IMG/VR virus record: IMGVR_UViG_3300012582_000002
Coordinates: 1 to 45,420 of that record
Origin: a virus
Direction: 5' to 3' (one strand)
Length of the DNA stretch: 45,420 bases
A program made the position numbers and the translations under genes. The notes beneath the pieces are model-generated. The model saw nothing but the letters and a program-made list of their open reading frames with translations. It had not been told where the DNA came from and ran no database searches. Each line of letters opens with the position of its first letter. The first letter of the stretch is position 1. This document shows positions 29,101 through 38,235 of this stretch, piece by piece.

Positions 29101-31394
29101 TCACCCGTGGAGAGATGATCGACAGGCAGAGGTTCTGGTCTCACGCCGAGAAGACTGGTGCTTACAAGCTCATCACCCCCGACGATCCTGGCCACATGAA
29201 CTCGTGGCTGGATGCGGTGAACAAGCAGATCCGACAGGATCCCTTCCACCGTATGATCGCAGGCGGGATGGACGACAAGGCTGCGCTCAACTGGATGAAC
29301 AAGACTTCCGACGGCCGCAAGTACATGCAGCAGATGGGAACCTGGAACCAGAACAAGCCGCAGTTCGCTCGCAACGTACGCTTTATGATCGACAAGTATC
29401 TCGGGGACGATGTTCTCAAGTCGAAGATCTCCAACAACGAGATGGTCACCGAAGCAGACCTGCGTGCAGCGTTCACCAAGGATGAGTTCCCCACCGTTCA
29501 CGGTGAGGAGATCAAGCAGCACAGCTCGCTGAAGGTTCACGAGACCGCGAACCGCTGGCTGGACAACCAGACCGAGAAGGCTTGGAAGCAGATGGCGGAC
29601 GTCCCTGCGGACGTCCTCTCCAGGCACCCTGTCTTCTTGCAGCTTCACCAGACGGAGATGGAAAACCTGATCCGTCAGCAGTACCACTACAAGATGCAGA
29701 ACTTCGGCACCGACTCCATCACTCCTCGCGAGTGGGAGCAGATGAACCAGAAGGCTGCTGGTCGAGCCAAGAAGCAGATGAGTCAGATCGTTTACGATCC
29801 GACCAACACTGTAGGCTCGCAAGGGCTGCGGTTTGTCTACCCGTTCTTCAAGCCGTTCATCGACGGCGTGGACAGGTGGGCTGGCCTGGTGGCCGAACGT
29901 CCGGAGCAGCTCAGCAAGCTGAGCAAGATCTACAATGCTCCGGTTGCGGCTAACCTGGTTACCGACGCAGAGGGCAACCACATCGGAACTGACGGGTACG
30001 CTACTGTCACCCGTATGGATCCGACTACCGGCAAGCCTGTCACCGAGAAGAAGTTCGTTCCTCTCAAGGACAGGGTGCTGCACCTCAAGGCCCCCTGGGC
30101 TAAGCCTGGCGGTAAGGAGTACGGCGCTATTCGCATGGCGTCGCTCAACACCATCCTTCCTGGTGACCCTTGGTTCGATCCGGGCTCTGGCCCGATCGTT
30201 CAGGTTGCTGGTAACCAGCTAGCCAAGACGTCGCCCGCTATGGGCGACTTCCTTCAGTGGTCCAAGATTCTGCCTTACGGTCCGTCTGACAGTACGATCG
30301 ATCTGTTCACCCCGAAGTACATGGCGGACGCGTACAACGCGTTCGTCGGCAAGGACGTGAACAACGAGAAGTACCAGCAGGCGGTTCTCGACATCTACAA
30401 CATGAAGACTGCTCAGTACTACGACCAGCTCAAGGCGGGCGGGCATGCCAAGCCTCCGACCATGGACGGCATCCAGAAGGAAGCTAAGAACTTCCTCTGG
30501 TTGCAGACCCTGACGGACTGGCTGTCCCCTGTGAGCGTTAAGAACACGCCGATGACCGGAACCAAGTACCAGTTCTTCGTGGACCAGTACAAGGCCCTAC
30601 AGGCCGCCGACCCGCTCAATGCCAAGGATCAGTTCCTCTCTATGTTCGGTGAGGACTATGCTGGCTTCACCGCCTCGCTCACTAAGAGTATGGGTATAGC
30701 AGCTTCGATCCCCGCCGATAAGCAGATGGAGAAGTACCGGGACCTCATAGCTGAGGATCCCGACATGGCTCCCCTGGTTGTTGGTGATGTGTACAACGGT
30801 GGCGCCTTCTCCAACTCTGTCTATCTCAAGCAGATGAACGATGAGATCGGCGGACAGCGTGTACGTCGCAGGCTTACTGCCGAGGAGGCTATCGCCGACT
30901 CGCGTACACAAGAAGGCTGGAGTCAGTACATGAAGACGACGACAGCTCTTGATGCTGAACTGATCAGGGCTGGCTTCACTTCGTACACGCAGAACGGTGC
31001 TCAGGTATTCCAGCAGGCCAAGCAGAACCTGGTGAACAACCTTGCGGCACAGAACCCCGGGTGGGCTAAGGCGTTCGGGACTACGGACCGAAACGCTATC
31101 CCTAACAGGATTCAGTTCATGGAGAAGATGGTGACCGACCCTCGGGTCATGAACGATCCGCTCCGCAAGGATGCTCAGGTCCTCAAGGACTACTTGGTCA
31201 TCCGCAACCAGTTCAAGCAGATGCTCGGCCAACGAGGACTCCAGCAACTCTCTTACGACCAGGCTGGCAACCCCTCTGGCCAAGCTGCCGACATGGGTTA
31301 CGCGTGGCGTCAGTACCAGATGTACTTCAAGAACAACTCTGTACAGTTCGCTAAGGTGTTCAACCGATACCTCAGCAACGACGATCTCCAGTAG
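26121..31394 (+). CDS. Giant 1757-aa virion protein (candidate internal/ejection protein)
   Basis: Single uninterrupted ORF with RBS. Lies between the portal-proximal genes and the two virion PG hydrolases. No catalytic motif recognised by eye. Confidence 0.7.
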   Translation: MSKWWDTNMADAGQALYSDPNLAVTAATVPQNLTSSQTQYKTDADYARSDKGGFMGAVAGVLGTADSWLSNIPGWGIAKQSVSYPIDKAATGMRWAYSNVISQPISTLLLQSARYDINGDLSGWGESWHQAEHISPGQAFMNYENTAEASGQGTALSSVWGDAGQNLSPHEKAMVKQNVNRFIYDKNYWQDKSSWKYNVGSGSLDFMFNVIDPATGAIVGGTAKTVKAARSVQLVAQDAKYAAAVPGAAGVARTRGPIIDLVAKQQTPEQVANTPSMQKAFDWMKQDGRTTEEIANHPMWGRGRRINPARYDIAKLAKDTPRDNMEQLWRFTAGDSNAASDLAKTAPDVLKKVGQAMDNRVLLEGTRMNLSMISHFKANYEADAAAGELAGKTPGTTAAPTHDANLLLEPPYPRPATPGPRQDGWDKTWGKLAQQSAINRTAAADIHAATPLHMTNPAEQTTLADGLKAEQWKVGKLQTLDSDYDELINNEKYLGSVLGQMDNWTPAASPLFGAVNKAYRMGALGLRNTESAAERATILSAGKKAKPQGSNFLMTTVKRGMGAPMTIVHNFGDRTPQGFVDHNADDARDRVFDMLKQVKGMNPEDRLGLIEIYNSGSNKVERSQALDRIHDAVMNHILVNENKLHPDIADVLKGAIKDGISSKIQELTGKAPLGGAQRFGPAATSPDDIAKLTGQSVDNLAENATPVRSDRVISQEDGHGLVISPMAQTQLSSNDILFPVQEINRLVKRSSGSFQGFRGGTGEAKDWVVKRMDGFDNLWKAATLLRPGFIPRMVSDEVLARMFKFGGMATLLDTGKGMGHFLSNRSRQVGAIVGKGSYVPSTGKGIASNRAIVSLDDPGLIAKAEARGLKTSRIQVPPTLRMAYGRITDEKAAQAETQAELASALKKEDADPGYIAALRGRLDDHQNVVDEYHDYVGEILRKAEVSKGVRLGDGDFKYKIGATTYRVPQAFSAEWENPVPRDQISSENAWKNLFTRGEMIDRQRFWSHAEKTGAYKLITPDDPGHMNSWLDAVNKQIRQDPFHRMIAGGMDDKAALNWMNKTSDGRKYMQQMGTWNQNKPQFARNVRFMIDKYLGDDVLKSKISNNEMVTEADLRAAFTKDEFPTVHGEEIKQHSSLKVHETANRWLDNQTEKAWKQMADVPADVLSRHPVFLQLHQTEMENLIRQQYHYKMQNFGTDSITPREWEQMNQKAAGRAKKQMSQIVYDPTNTVGSQGLRFVYPFFKPFIDGVDRWAGLVAERPEQLSKLSKIYNAPVAANLVTDAEGNHIGTDGYATVTRMDPTTGKPVTEKKFVPLKDRVLHLKAPWAKPGGKEYGAIRMASLNTILPGDPWFDPGSGPIVQVAGNQLAKTSPAMGDFLQWSKILPYGPSDSTIDLFTPKYMADAYNAFVGKDVNNEKYQQAVLDIYNMKTAQYYDQLKAGGHAKPPTMDGIQKEAKNFLWLQTLTDWLSPVSVKNTPMTGTKYQFFVDQYKALQAADPLNAKDQFLSMFGEDYAGFTASLTKSMGIAASIPADKQMEKYRDLIAEDPDMAPLVVGDVYNGGAFSNSVYLKQMNDEIGGQRVRRRLTAEEAIADSRTQEGWSQYMKTTTALDAELIRAGFTSYTQNGAQVFQQAKQNLVNNLAAQNPGWAKAFGTTDRNAIPNRIQFMEKMVTDPRVMNDPLRKDAQVLKDYLVIRNQFKQMLGQRGLQQLSYDQAGNPSGQAADMGYAWRQYQMYFKNNSVQFAKVFNRYLSNDDLQ

Positions 31395-31403
31395 GGAGGC
31401 AGG

Positions 31404-32366
31404 ATGGCACTCCGCATGGACACAGGCGGAGGCGGTGGAGCTGGGGGCACTTACGGTGCCCCTACTACCAGCGGCTCTGGTTCCTCCAGCTCGGGCAGTT
31501 CAAACAACCCGCTCGCCCTCACTGGAATGACTCCTCAGCAGTTGGCTGCTGGCACGATGTCGAGCGGGCTCTCGAATACAGGGCCCACTCCGACTGACTC
31601 TGTGTGGGTTGGGGCAGGAGCGCTAGGGCGCTCCACTCCCACTCGTGGACATGACACCGGCAGAGTCTCGGGGTTCACCACGTACCAGGATGCTCAGAGT
31701 CTGCCCGGTACGTGGTACGCCAACGACCCTCAGCGCTACAAGCAGTTCGTAGCCAAGCTGATCATGTATAAGTATCCCGGAGCTTCGGCCGACATGGGAC
31801 TCCCTGAGGCTATGAGCGCTTGGGATGACCTGCTCAAGATGTCTATCACTCTGAACAAGTCTCAGGGTAAGGATCAGAAGACCAACTGGACTCCGTTCAA
31901 CATCCTGGATTCCTACAACCGGCCTGCCGGTTCTATGGGAACCTACAAGTCTGGTGACTGGCTGATCGACTCGGCCACAGGCGAGAAGGTTAAGTACGTC
32001 GGACCGAAGAGCAAGACGAGTACGCAGACAGCTATCGACCTCTCGAACCCCGAGCAGGTTCAGGCTATCGCCACCCAGACTCTCACCCAGATGATCGGTC
32101 GCGCACCGACCGATAAGGAGCTGGCCACCTTCAAGGCTACGCTCAACGGGTATGAGAAGGAGCATCCCGAGACTACGACGACCACCGACACCTACAACGA
32201 CATGGGCGAGGTGAGCGCGTCCAACGTGGTCCACTCTGGTGGCGTCACAGACGCCGCTCGTCAGACGGTGCTCGGCAAGGGTGTTGAGAAGACGAAGGAA
32301 TACGGGAAGTACCAAGGCGGTACGACTTACTTCAACGCTTTGATGCAGATGGTAGGCGGTGGCTGA
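31404..32366 (+). CDS. Hypothetical virion protein with Gly/Ser-rich N-terminus (320 aa)
   Basis: Tracked ORF, GGGAGG RBS. Confidence 0.6.
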   Translation: MALRMDTGGGGGAGGTYGAPTTSGSGSSSSGSSNNPLALTGMTPQQLAAGTMSSGLSNTGPTPTDSVWVGAGALGRSTPTRGHDTGRVSGFTTYQDAQSLPGTWYANDPQRYKQFVAKLIMYKYPGASADMGLPEAMSAWDDLLKMSITLNKSQGKDQKTNWTPFNILDSYNRPAGSMGTYKSGDWLIDSATGEKVKYVGPKSKTSTQTAIDLSNPEQVQAIATQTLTQMIGRAPTDKELATFKATLNGYEKEHPETTTTTDTYNDMGEVSASNVVHSGGVTDAARQTVLGKGVEKTKEYGKYQGGTTYFNALMQMVGGG

Positions 32367-33658
32367 TGGCTGTGATGGGGTCCGACATTGTCAACTACCT
32401 GAAGGGGTTCATAGGAACCCCTTACAGGTGGGGTGGCAACGATCTTAAGACCGGTGTCGACTGCTCGGGTCTCATCCAGCAGGGCTTTGCCAAGTTCGGC
32501 ATCAACCTTCCCCGCACCAGCTACTCGATGTGGTCGCAAGGTCAGGCTGTGGACATGAGCGGTCTCCGAGTGGGAGACCTGGTCTTCTTCGACACAAACC
32601 ACACTCAGCCTGGTCCCGACCACGTGGGTATATATATGGGTGGCGGGAAGATGATAGAGTCCCCACGCCCCGGCAAGGGCGTGCAGGTCACCGATATCAC
32701 CCAGGGCTACTACGCGGACCGCTTCATGGGTGGTCGTCGCATCGACTCCGTGTGGGCTGAGAACCAGAATCCTGGGGATCATTCGGACCCTACGAAGACG
32801 ATGACGCCAGAAGAGCTGGCGTCCTCTTACGGGTTCACCTACGCCTTCCTCGAAGGCAACAAAGAGCTGAAGGGCATCTTCACCAAGGCTATCGACGAGA
32901 CATGGACCACCGACAAGTTCCAAGCCGCTATCCGCGACACCGGCTGGTGGAAGAAGAACTCGGAGACCATGCGCAAAGCGCAGCTCACGCAGAAGACAGA
33001 CCCTGCTACATGGGATGCCATGGTAGACGCCGAGACTGTCAAGGTCCAGCAGCTAGCAGGTCAGGTCGGTGCTGCTATCCCCGCCAAGAAGATGAAGTCT
33101 CTGGTGGAGACGGCACTCAAGACCGGACTCGACGAGGACGGGCTACGCAACCTGCTTGGGCAGTACGTGAACTTCACCAAGAACGGCACCCTCCAGGGTG
33201 AGGCTGGTATGCACGAGTTCACCATGAAGGAGTATGCGGCCAACATGGGTGTGACTCTGGACGACCAGACAATCAAGAACCAGGCGCAGCGAGTGATTCG
33301 CAAGGTGTCCACCACTCAGGACTACGAGTCGCTCATCCGAGATCACGCGAAGTCTATGTACCCGGCCTACTCTCAGCAGATCGATGGCGGCCAGACAGTC
33401 AAGGACATCGCGTCACCCTACACCCAGATGATGGCTCAGACTCTTGAGATTCCAGACACCGACATCACGCTCTCTGATCCGAACATCAAGGCTGCTCTCA
33501 ACGGCCTGTCTTCTGATGGTAAGCCTACAGGTCTCACCCTCACAGACTTCGAACAGAAGCTACGTTCCGACCCTCGCTGGACTGGAACTACCCAAGCACA
33601 GAACAGCGCTCTCAGTGTGGGCCACACGGTCCTCAAGGATATGGGACTCACCAGCTAA
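32366..33658 (+). CDS. Virion-associated NlpC/P60 endopeptidase with conserved C-terminal module
   Basis: GTPYRWGGNDLKTGVDCSGL (catalytic Cys) and DHVGIYMGGGKMIESP (His). About 290-aa C-terminal region paralogous to 33669..34964. Confidence 0.8.
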   Translation: MAVMGSDIVNYLKGFIGTPYRWGGNDLKTGVDCSGLIQQGFAKFGINLPRTSYSMWSQGQAVDMSGLRVGDLVFFDTNHTQPGPDHVGIYMGGGKMIESPRPGKGVQVTDITQGYYADRFMGGRRIDSVWAENQNPGDHSDPTKTMTPEELASSYGFTYAFLEGNKELKGIFTKAIDETWTTDKFQAAIRDTGWWKKNSETMRKAQLTQKTDPATWDAMVDAETVKVQQLAGQVGAAIPAKKMKSLVETALKTGLDEDGLRNLLGQYVNFTKNGTLQGEAGMHEFTMKEYAANMGVTLDDQTIKNQAQRVIRKVSTTQDYESLIRDHAKSMYPAYSQQIDGGQTVKDIASPYTQMMAQTLEIPDTDITLSDPNIKAALNGLSSDGKPTGLTLTDFEQKLRSDPRWTGTTQAQNSALSVGHTVLKDMGLTS

Positions 33659-33668
33659 GGAGAAGCCG

Positions 33669-34964
33669 ATGACAACTCTCAATCAGCTCCTCTATGGCAT
33701 CCGTAAGGAAGAGTCCGGTGGCAACTATCATGTGGTCAACTCGATCGGCGCTGTAGGCGCCTATCAGGTGATGAAGGCTAACATCCCTTCGTGGACCAAG
33801 GCCGCTCTCGGCTACTCGATGACGTGGCAGCAGTTCAGGGATTCCCCCTCTGCCCAGGATGCTGTTGCTCGCCATATCCTTGGAGGGTACTACAAGAAGT
33901 ACGGCGCAGCAGGCGCCGCCTCTATGTGGTTCTCCGGTCAACCCAACCCGAACAAGCAGGGATCTGACGGAAGCACCACGATCAGGCATTACGTGGACAA
34001 CGTGATCAGCCTGTCTGGTGGTGGCTCTATCGGTGGTAGCTCCAGCAGCGGCGGGAGCGACGGGAGCTCGGGATCGACCGGAGGAAATCAGGTACCGATG
34101 AGCAAGGGCGAGACAGCTGAAAGCTACGGCTATGTGCAGTCCCTCTTCGATGCGGTACCCGAGCTGAAGAAGCTGTTCGACAAGGCGGTCAAGGGTCAGT
34201 GGTCTTCCAGTAAGTTCCAGGCTTCCATTCGCGACACCAAATGGTGGAAGGGTCACTCCCAGCAGGAGCGAGACTATCTCACCAAGACCTACGGCGATCC
34301 CGCTACAGCTAAGCAGCAGTTCAGTTCGGCTTACATCCACGTGCAACAGCTAGCAGGAACGCTGGGCATCCAGGCCAGCGATCAGACCAAGAAGCTGCTG
34401 AACGCTTGGGCTTACAACGTGGCCGCCAAGGGCTGGTCTGATGACCAGCTCCGCTACGAGATGGGTAAGCACGTCTACTTCGACCACGGGACCTGGAACG
34501 GTCAGGGTGGAGAAGAACAGGCTAAGCTGCATGACTACGCATACACCATGGGCGTCACGATGTCAAACACCTGGTATTCGGGGGCTTCTCGCAACATCGT
34601 GCGAGGAGTTCGAGCCGAACAGGACTTCATGTCAGACATCAGAAAGCAGTCCAAGTCGCTGTTCCCGAACTGGTCCAAGCAGATCGATGCTGGACAGACG
34701 GTAGCAGACCTGGCCAACCCATACCTCACTTCTATGCAGCAGATTCTAGAGCTGCCTGGAGGCAGCATCAACCTGTTCGACCCGACGGTCAAGAAGGCTC
34801 TCCAGTACAAGGACCCGACAACCGGCCAGGGAACGGCTAAGCCGTTGTGGCAGTTCGAGAACGAACTGCGAGGAGATCCTCGCTGGAAGAAAACCAAGAA
34901 CGCGCAAGACAGCTTGATGCAGGTTGCTCACCAGGTGCTGTCCGACTTCGGCATGAAGTACTAA
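33669..34964 (+). CDS. Virion-associated lytic transglycosylase (SLT-like) with the same C-terminal module
   Basis: IRKEESGGNY...GAYQVM SLT signature. AAGGAG RBS at ATG 33669 (the tracked ORF starts too early). Gly/Ser linker. Confidence 0.75.
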   Translation: MTTLNQLLYGIRKEESGGNYHVVNSIGAVGAYQVMKANIPSWTKAALGYSMTWQQFRDSPSAQDAVARHILGGYYKKYGAAGAASMWFSGQPNPNKQGSDGSTTIRHYVDNVISLSGGGSIGGSSSSGGSDGSSGSTGGNQVPMSKGETAESYGYVQSLFDAVPELKKLFDKAVKGQWSSSKFQASIRDTKWWKGHSQQERDYLTKTYGDPATAKQQFSSAYIHVQQLAGTLGIQASDQTKKLLNAWAYNVAAKGWSDDQLRYEMGKHVYFDHGTWNGQGGEEQAKLHDYAYTMGVTMSNTWYSGASRNIVRGVRAEQDFMSDIRKQSKSLFPNWSKQIDAGQTVADLANPYLTSMQQILELPGGSINLFDPTVKKALQYKDPTTGQGTAKPLWQFENELRGDPRWKKTKNAQDSLMQVAHQVLSDFGMKY

Positions 34965-34976
34965 GGAGGTTCTCTT

Positions 34977-36125
34977 ATGGCAGCGCTGCCCACGTTTCGT
35001 GAGTCTGTGGCTCTAGCTCACAGCGCCTCCCCGCCCAACTCGCAGCAACTGCTTGATGCGGCTAAGGCTCAGCAGGCTGGCAACTCCCGGAAGATCACTC
35101 TTCTCAAGTATCAGGAGTCCAAGCTCAAGAAGCCAAACCCCAAGGACCATCAGGCTGTAGCCAGATACAAAGCCCAGAAGGCTAAGTACGATGTGCAGAT
35201 CAAGACTCTCAACACCACGAACGCTGGCATCGCCAAGAAGATTCCCGGCATGCAGAACAAGGTGTACGAGGATACCGGGCAGTACGAGAAGCTGCTGACA
35301 GGGACGAACAGAGATGCCTATATGGCGCTCAAGTCCTTGTTCGGTTCGTATGGTCTCAGCTCCCTGGCTGACAAGATCTACGGCTACGTGAAGAACGGTG
35401 AGTCGGCAGACACGATCTCGATCGAGCTGCAAGACACTCCGGAATACAAGACTCGGTTTGCTGGCAATGAGGCACGGAAGGCAGCAGGCCTTCCGGTCCT
35501 GTCTCCCGGCGACTACCTCAACACCGAAGCCAGCTACAAGCAGATCATGCAGACAGCCGGAATGCCTTCCGGCTTCTACGACCAGCCCGCCGACTTCAAC
35601 AACTGGATCGGGAAGAACATCTCCCCGACCGAGATTCAGAATCGTGTGGACCTGGCATCGCAGGCGACCATCCTGGCTAACCCGCAATACCGTGCGGCTC
35701 TCAACCAGATGGGCATAGACGACGCCCATATGACCGCCTACTTCCTTGATACCACCAAGGCTATGCCTTACCTCCAGAAGGCTGCGGCAACCGCTCAGAT
35801 CGGCGCTGAGGCCCTTCGTCAGAACCTTCAGTTCGATCAGGGTTATGCGGAGCAGCTCGCAACCGAGGGCATCTCGGCAGACACCGCACGCCAGGGTTAC
35901 CAGCAGATAGCTGGTGAGCTTGACACCATGAAGGCCCTGGGTGGCTACTACGGGGATGAGTGGAATCAGAAGCAAGGTGAGGCTGCAACGTTCGGTACGC
36001 CGGGCGGTACGGCAGCTCAGGCTAAGCAGAGGCGCCTCCTCTCTCAAGAGAGAGGCGCATTCGCAGGCTCAACAGGATCGGCCAAGGGACTTGGTGGACT
36101 CACCCAGTCTCGTGGAGCACAGTAA
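34977..36125 (+). CDS. Hypothetical virion protein (382 aa)
   Basis: Tracked ORF, AAGGAGG RBS. Confidence 0.6.
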   Translation: MAALPTFRESVALAHSASPPNSQQLLDAAKAQQAGNSRKITLLKYQESKLKKPNPKDHQAVARYKAQKAKYDVQIKTLNTTNAGIAKKIPGMQNKVYEDTGQYEKLLTGTNRDAYMALKSLFGSYGLSSLADKIYGYVKNGESADTISIELQDTPEYKTRFAGNEARKAAGLPVLSPGDYLNTEASYKQIMQTAGMPSGFYDQPADFNNWIGKNISPTEIQNRVDLASQATILANPQYRAALNQMGIDDAHMTAYFLDTTKAMPYLQKAAATAQIGAEALRQNLQFDQGYAEQLATEGISADTARQGYQQIAGELDTMKALGGYYGDEWNQKQGEAATFGTPGGTAAQAKQRRLLSQERGAFAGSTGSAKGLGGLTQSRGAQ

Positions 36126-36129
36126 GCAA

Positions 36130-36145
36130 CGGCCCTTCGGGGCCG
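36130..36145 (+). terminator. Short GC hairpin upstream of the tRNA
   Basis: CGGCCC-TTCG-GGGCCG. Confidence 0.4.
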
Positions 36146-36149
36146 TCTA

Positions 36150-36222
36150 TGACTCATAGCTCAGTCGGCAGAGCGGTGCACTGTTAATGCACAGGTCGCA
36201 GGTTCGAATCCTGCTGAGTCAG
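36150..36222 (+). tRNA. tRNA-Asn: tRNA-Asn (anticodon GTT)
   Basis: Full cloverleaf folded by hand. 7-bp acceptor TGACTCA/TGAGTCA, D-arm GCTC/GAGC, anticodon stem GTGCA/TGCAC with loop CTGTTAA, T-arm GCAGG-TTCGAAT-CCTGC, discriminator G. CCA not encoded. Confidence 0.9.
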
Positions 36223-36347
36223 CCGTTGCGAGGATCAACCGGCCCCTCGTGATGTACCTAAGACCGGACGAAGAACACAACCGACGAGCGTGCACACATC
36301 ACCCCATGGTGTGTGCTATGGCGTCACTACCTTTATGGGAGGGTCTC

Positions 36348-36845
36348 ATGACCGACTGGGGTTTCGATGGAAACGACGACGCTGGCAACCTGGGCAACGA
36401 CAGCGAACTGAACGGCCCTAAGGCGCTGCGTGAAGCGTACGCTGCACAGAAGAAGCAGATCGACGACCTTACCTCGAAGCTGACGGGCTTCCTGGAGAGG
36501 GAAGAGAAGCAGAAGGTGCATACCGTTTTCGAGGACCTGGGCGTTCCTGGTGCAGCTTCGCTGTACACCGGGGAGGCCGATCCGGAGAAGGCCAAGGCAT
36601 GGGTTGAGTCCATGCGGGGCGTCTTCGGAGGTGACAACCAGGGCGGAACCCCGCCCGTTGTCGATGGAGCTGCCGCTGTTGAACCGACGCTTCCCGCGTC
36701 GATGCAGGCGCAGTATCAGCGTATGACTGAAGCGGGGCAGGAAGGTACTCCGACGGGTAACTTCGAGGCTGCTCAGGCTTCTGTCGGCAACGCTTCTGAC
36801 ATCAACGACATCATTGCGGCATTCGATCGAATGAACCGCATGTAA
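36348..36845 (+). CDS. Scaffolding-like protein (165 aa)
   Basis: ATG with GGGAGGG RBS. Acidic, helix-rich, immediately upstream of the capsid gene. Function inferred from position. Confidence 0.45.
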   Translation: MTDWGFDGNDDAGNLGNDSELNGPKALREAYAAQKKQIDDLTSKLTGFLEREEKQKVHTVFEDLGVPGAASLYTGEADPEKAKAWVESMRGVFGGDNQGGTPPVVDGAAAVEPTLPASMQAQYQRMTEAGQEGTPTGNFEAAQASVGNASDINDIIAAFDRMNRM

Positions 36846-36862
36846 TAACAAGGGAGTGACAA

Positions 36863-37867
36863 ATGGCTAACGCCTTTACGGGTACCGCTGCACTCGCGAA
36901 CCTCGTCCAGACCGCGTATGACCGCGCTCTTGAGTTCGCGCTGCGTGCCCAGCCTACGTTCCGCATGGTTGCGGACAAGCGACCGGTCCAGCAGGCTATG
37001 CCTGGTAGCTCGGTTGTGTTCTCTCTGTACCAGGATCTCGCTCAGGCTATCACCCCGCTCAACGAGCTTGTCGACCCGGACGCTGTCGCGGCCGGTAACC
37101 CGACCACGGTCTCTGTGACGCTCAACGAGTATGGTAACGCTATCCTCGTCTCCAACAAGCTGGACCTGTTCAGCTTCACCGACGTGACCGCTAGTCTCGT
37201 CAACCAGGTGGCGTGGAACCTGATCGACTCTATCGATCTTCTGGTTCAGAACGTCCTTGCTGGTGGTACTCAGACCGTCCGTCGTGACGGTACGACCGGT
37301 GCTCTCGGCTACGGCTTCGGCTCTACGCCGACCAACCCGGTTGCTCTGACCTCTATCGGTACGTCTGGCTCGGCTGGTAACTCGACGCTGTCCTCGGACA
37401 TCGCCCGGTTCTCTGTCACCCAGCTCCGCACCAACAAGGTCCACCCGAACAAGGGCTCGTACTACACCGCCTACGTGCACCCGCAGGCGTCCTTCGACCT
37501 CAAGCGTGAAACCGGCGCTGGGTCGTGGCGTCAGCCGCACGAGTACTCTGCTCCCGGTAACATCTGGGCCGCCGAGCTTGGCGAGTACGAGGGTGCCTGC
37601 TACATCGAGACCCCGCGTGCGCAGAACGTGCAGTCGGGTGCCGGTGCTGGTGCCAACCAGGTCCGCGTGTACAACACCTACTACACGGGCCAGCAGGCCC
37701 TTGCTGAGGCGGTTGCGGAAGAGTTCCACACGGTCCGCGGTCCGGTCGTCGACAAGCTCACCCGCTTCCAGCCGCTCGGCTGGTACGGTGTCGCTGGTTG
37801 GAGCCTGTACCGTCCCGAGTCCCTTATCGTCGCGCAGACGTCCTCGACGGCCCGCCCGACTGTCTGA
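36863..37867 (+). CDS. Major capsid protein
   Basis: 334 aa, strong RBS, followed by a strong terminator. Size and position typical of an HK97-fold capsid protein. Confidence 0.65.
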   Translation: MANAFTGTAALANLVQTAYDRALEFALRAQPTFRMVADKRPVQQAMPGSSVVFSLYQDLAQAITPLNELVDPDAVAAGNPTTVSVTLNEYGNAILVSNKLDLFSFTDVTASLVNQVAWNLIDSIDLLVQNVLAGGTQTVRRDGTTGALGYGFGSTPTNPVALTSIGTSGSAGNSTLSSDIARFSVTQLRTNKVHPNKGSYYTAYVHPQASFDLKRETGAGSWRQPHEYSAPGNIWAAELGEYEGACYIETPRAQNVQSGAGAGANQVRVYNTYYTGQQALAEAVAEEFHTVRGPVVDKLTRFQPLGWYGVAGWSLYRPESLIVAQTSSTARPTV

Positions 37868-37873
37868 TCGAGA

Positions 37874-37900
37874 AGGGGCCCTTCGGGGCCCCTCTTCCTT
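37874..37900 (+). terminator. Terminator after the capsid gene
   Basis: AGGGGCCC-TTCG-GGGCCCCT stem, then a CTTCCTT tail. Confidence 0.65.
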
Positions 37901-37911
37901 AAGGAGGATAG

Positions 37912-38235
37912 ATGTCTGGGTTTGACAATGCTTCATATACTGTTCGCACGTCTGCGGCTACGACCGACACGCTCACAGCGAACGACTTCGTGGTTATCTA
38001 CACGAACTCTGCAACCAAGACGGTCAACCTGCCTGCCGTTGCTACGACTCAGCCGGGTCGTACGTACCGCATCATCTGTCAGAACACAGGTGTGCTGACG
38101 GTGGACGGTAACGCTTCGGAGACCATCAACGGTTCCACCACGTTCGCGATGACCGCCGGTACCGTCGGTGGCGTCACCGGCCGAGCGGGGTTCATCTCCG
38201 ACGGCACGCAGTGGTTCACGCTGTACTCGCAGTGA
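37912..38235 (+). CDS. Hypothetical structural protein (107 aa)
   Basis: Tracked ORF, AAGGAGG RBS. Confidence 0.6.
   Translation: MSGFDNASYTVRTSAATTDTLTANDFVVIYTNSATKTVNLPAVATTQPGRTYRIICQNTGVLTVDGNASETINGSTTFAMTAGTVGGVTGRAGFISDGTQWFTLYSQ

Noticed and set aside
28290-30083. 597-aa minus-strand ORF inside the giant virion gene. Similar long antisense ORFs occur at 36773..37936, 35013..36047, 20554..21381, 30597..31283 and 43590..44249
   Set aside because: These are typical shadow ORFs of GC-rich coding DNA. They are Arg/Leu/Val/Gly-rich with low-complexity translations and no RBS, and each is fully contained in a well-supported sense gene with motifs and translational coupling.
26121-31394. 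Giant ORF as an N4-type virion RNA polymerase
   Set aside because: I could not locate polymerase motifs A, B or C (for example RxxxKxxxxxxYG or an invariant HD-type motif in context) by eye. It is kept only as something to exclude with profile searches.
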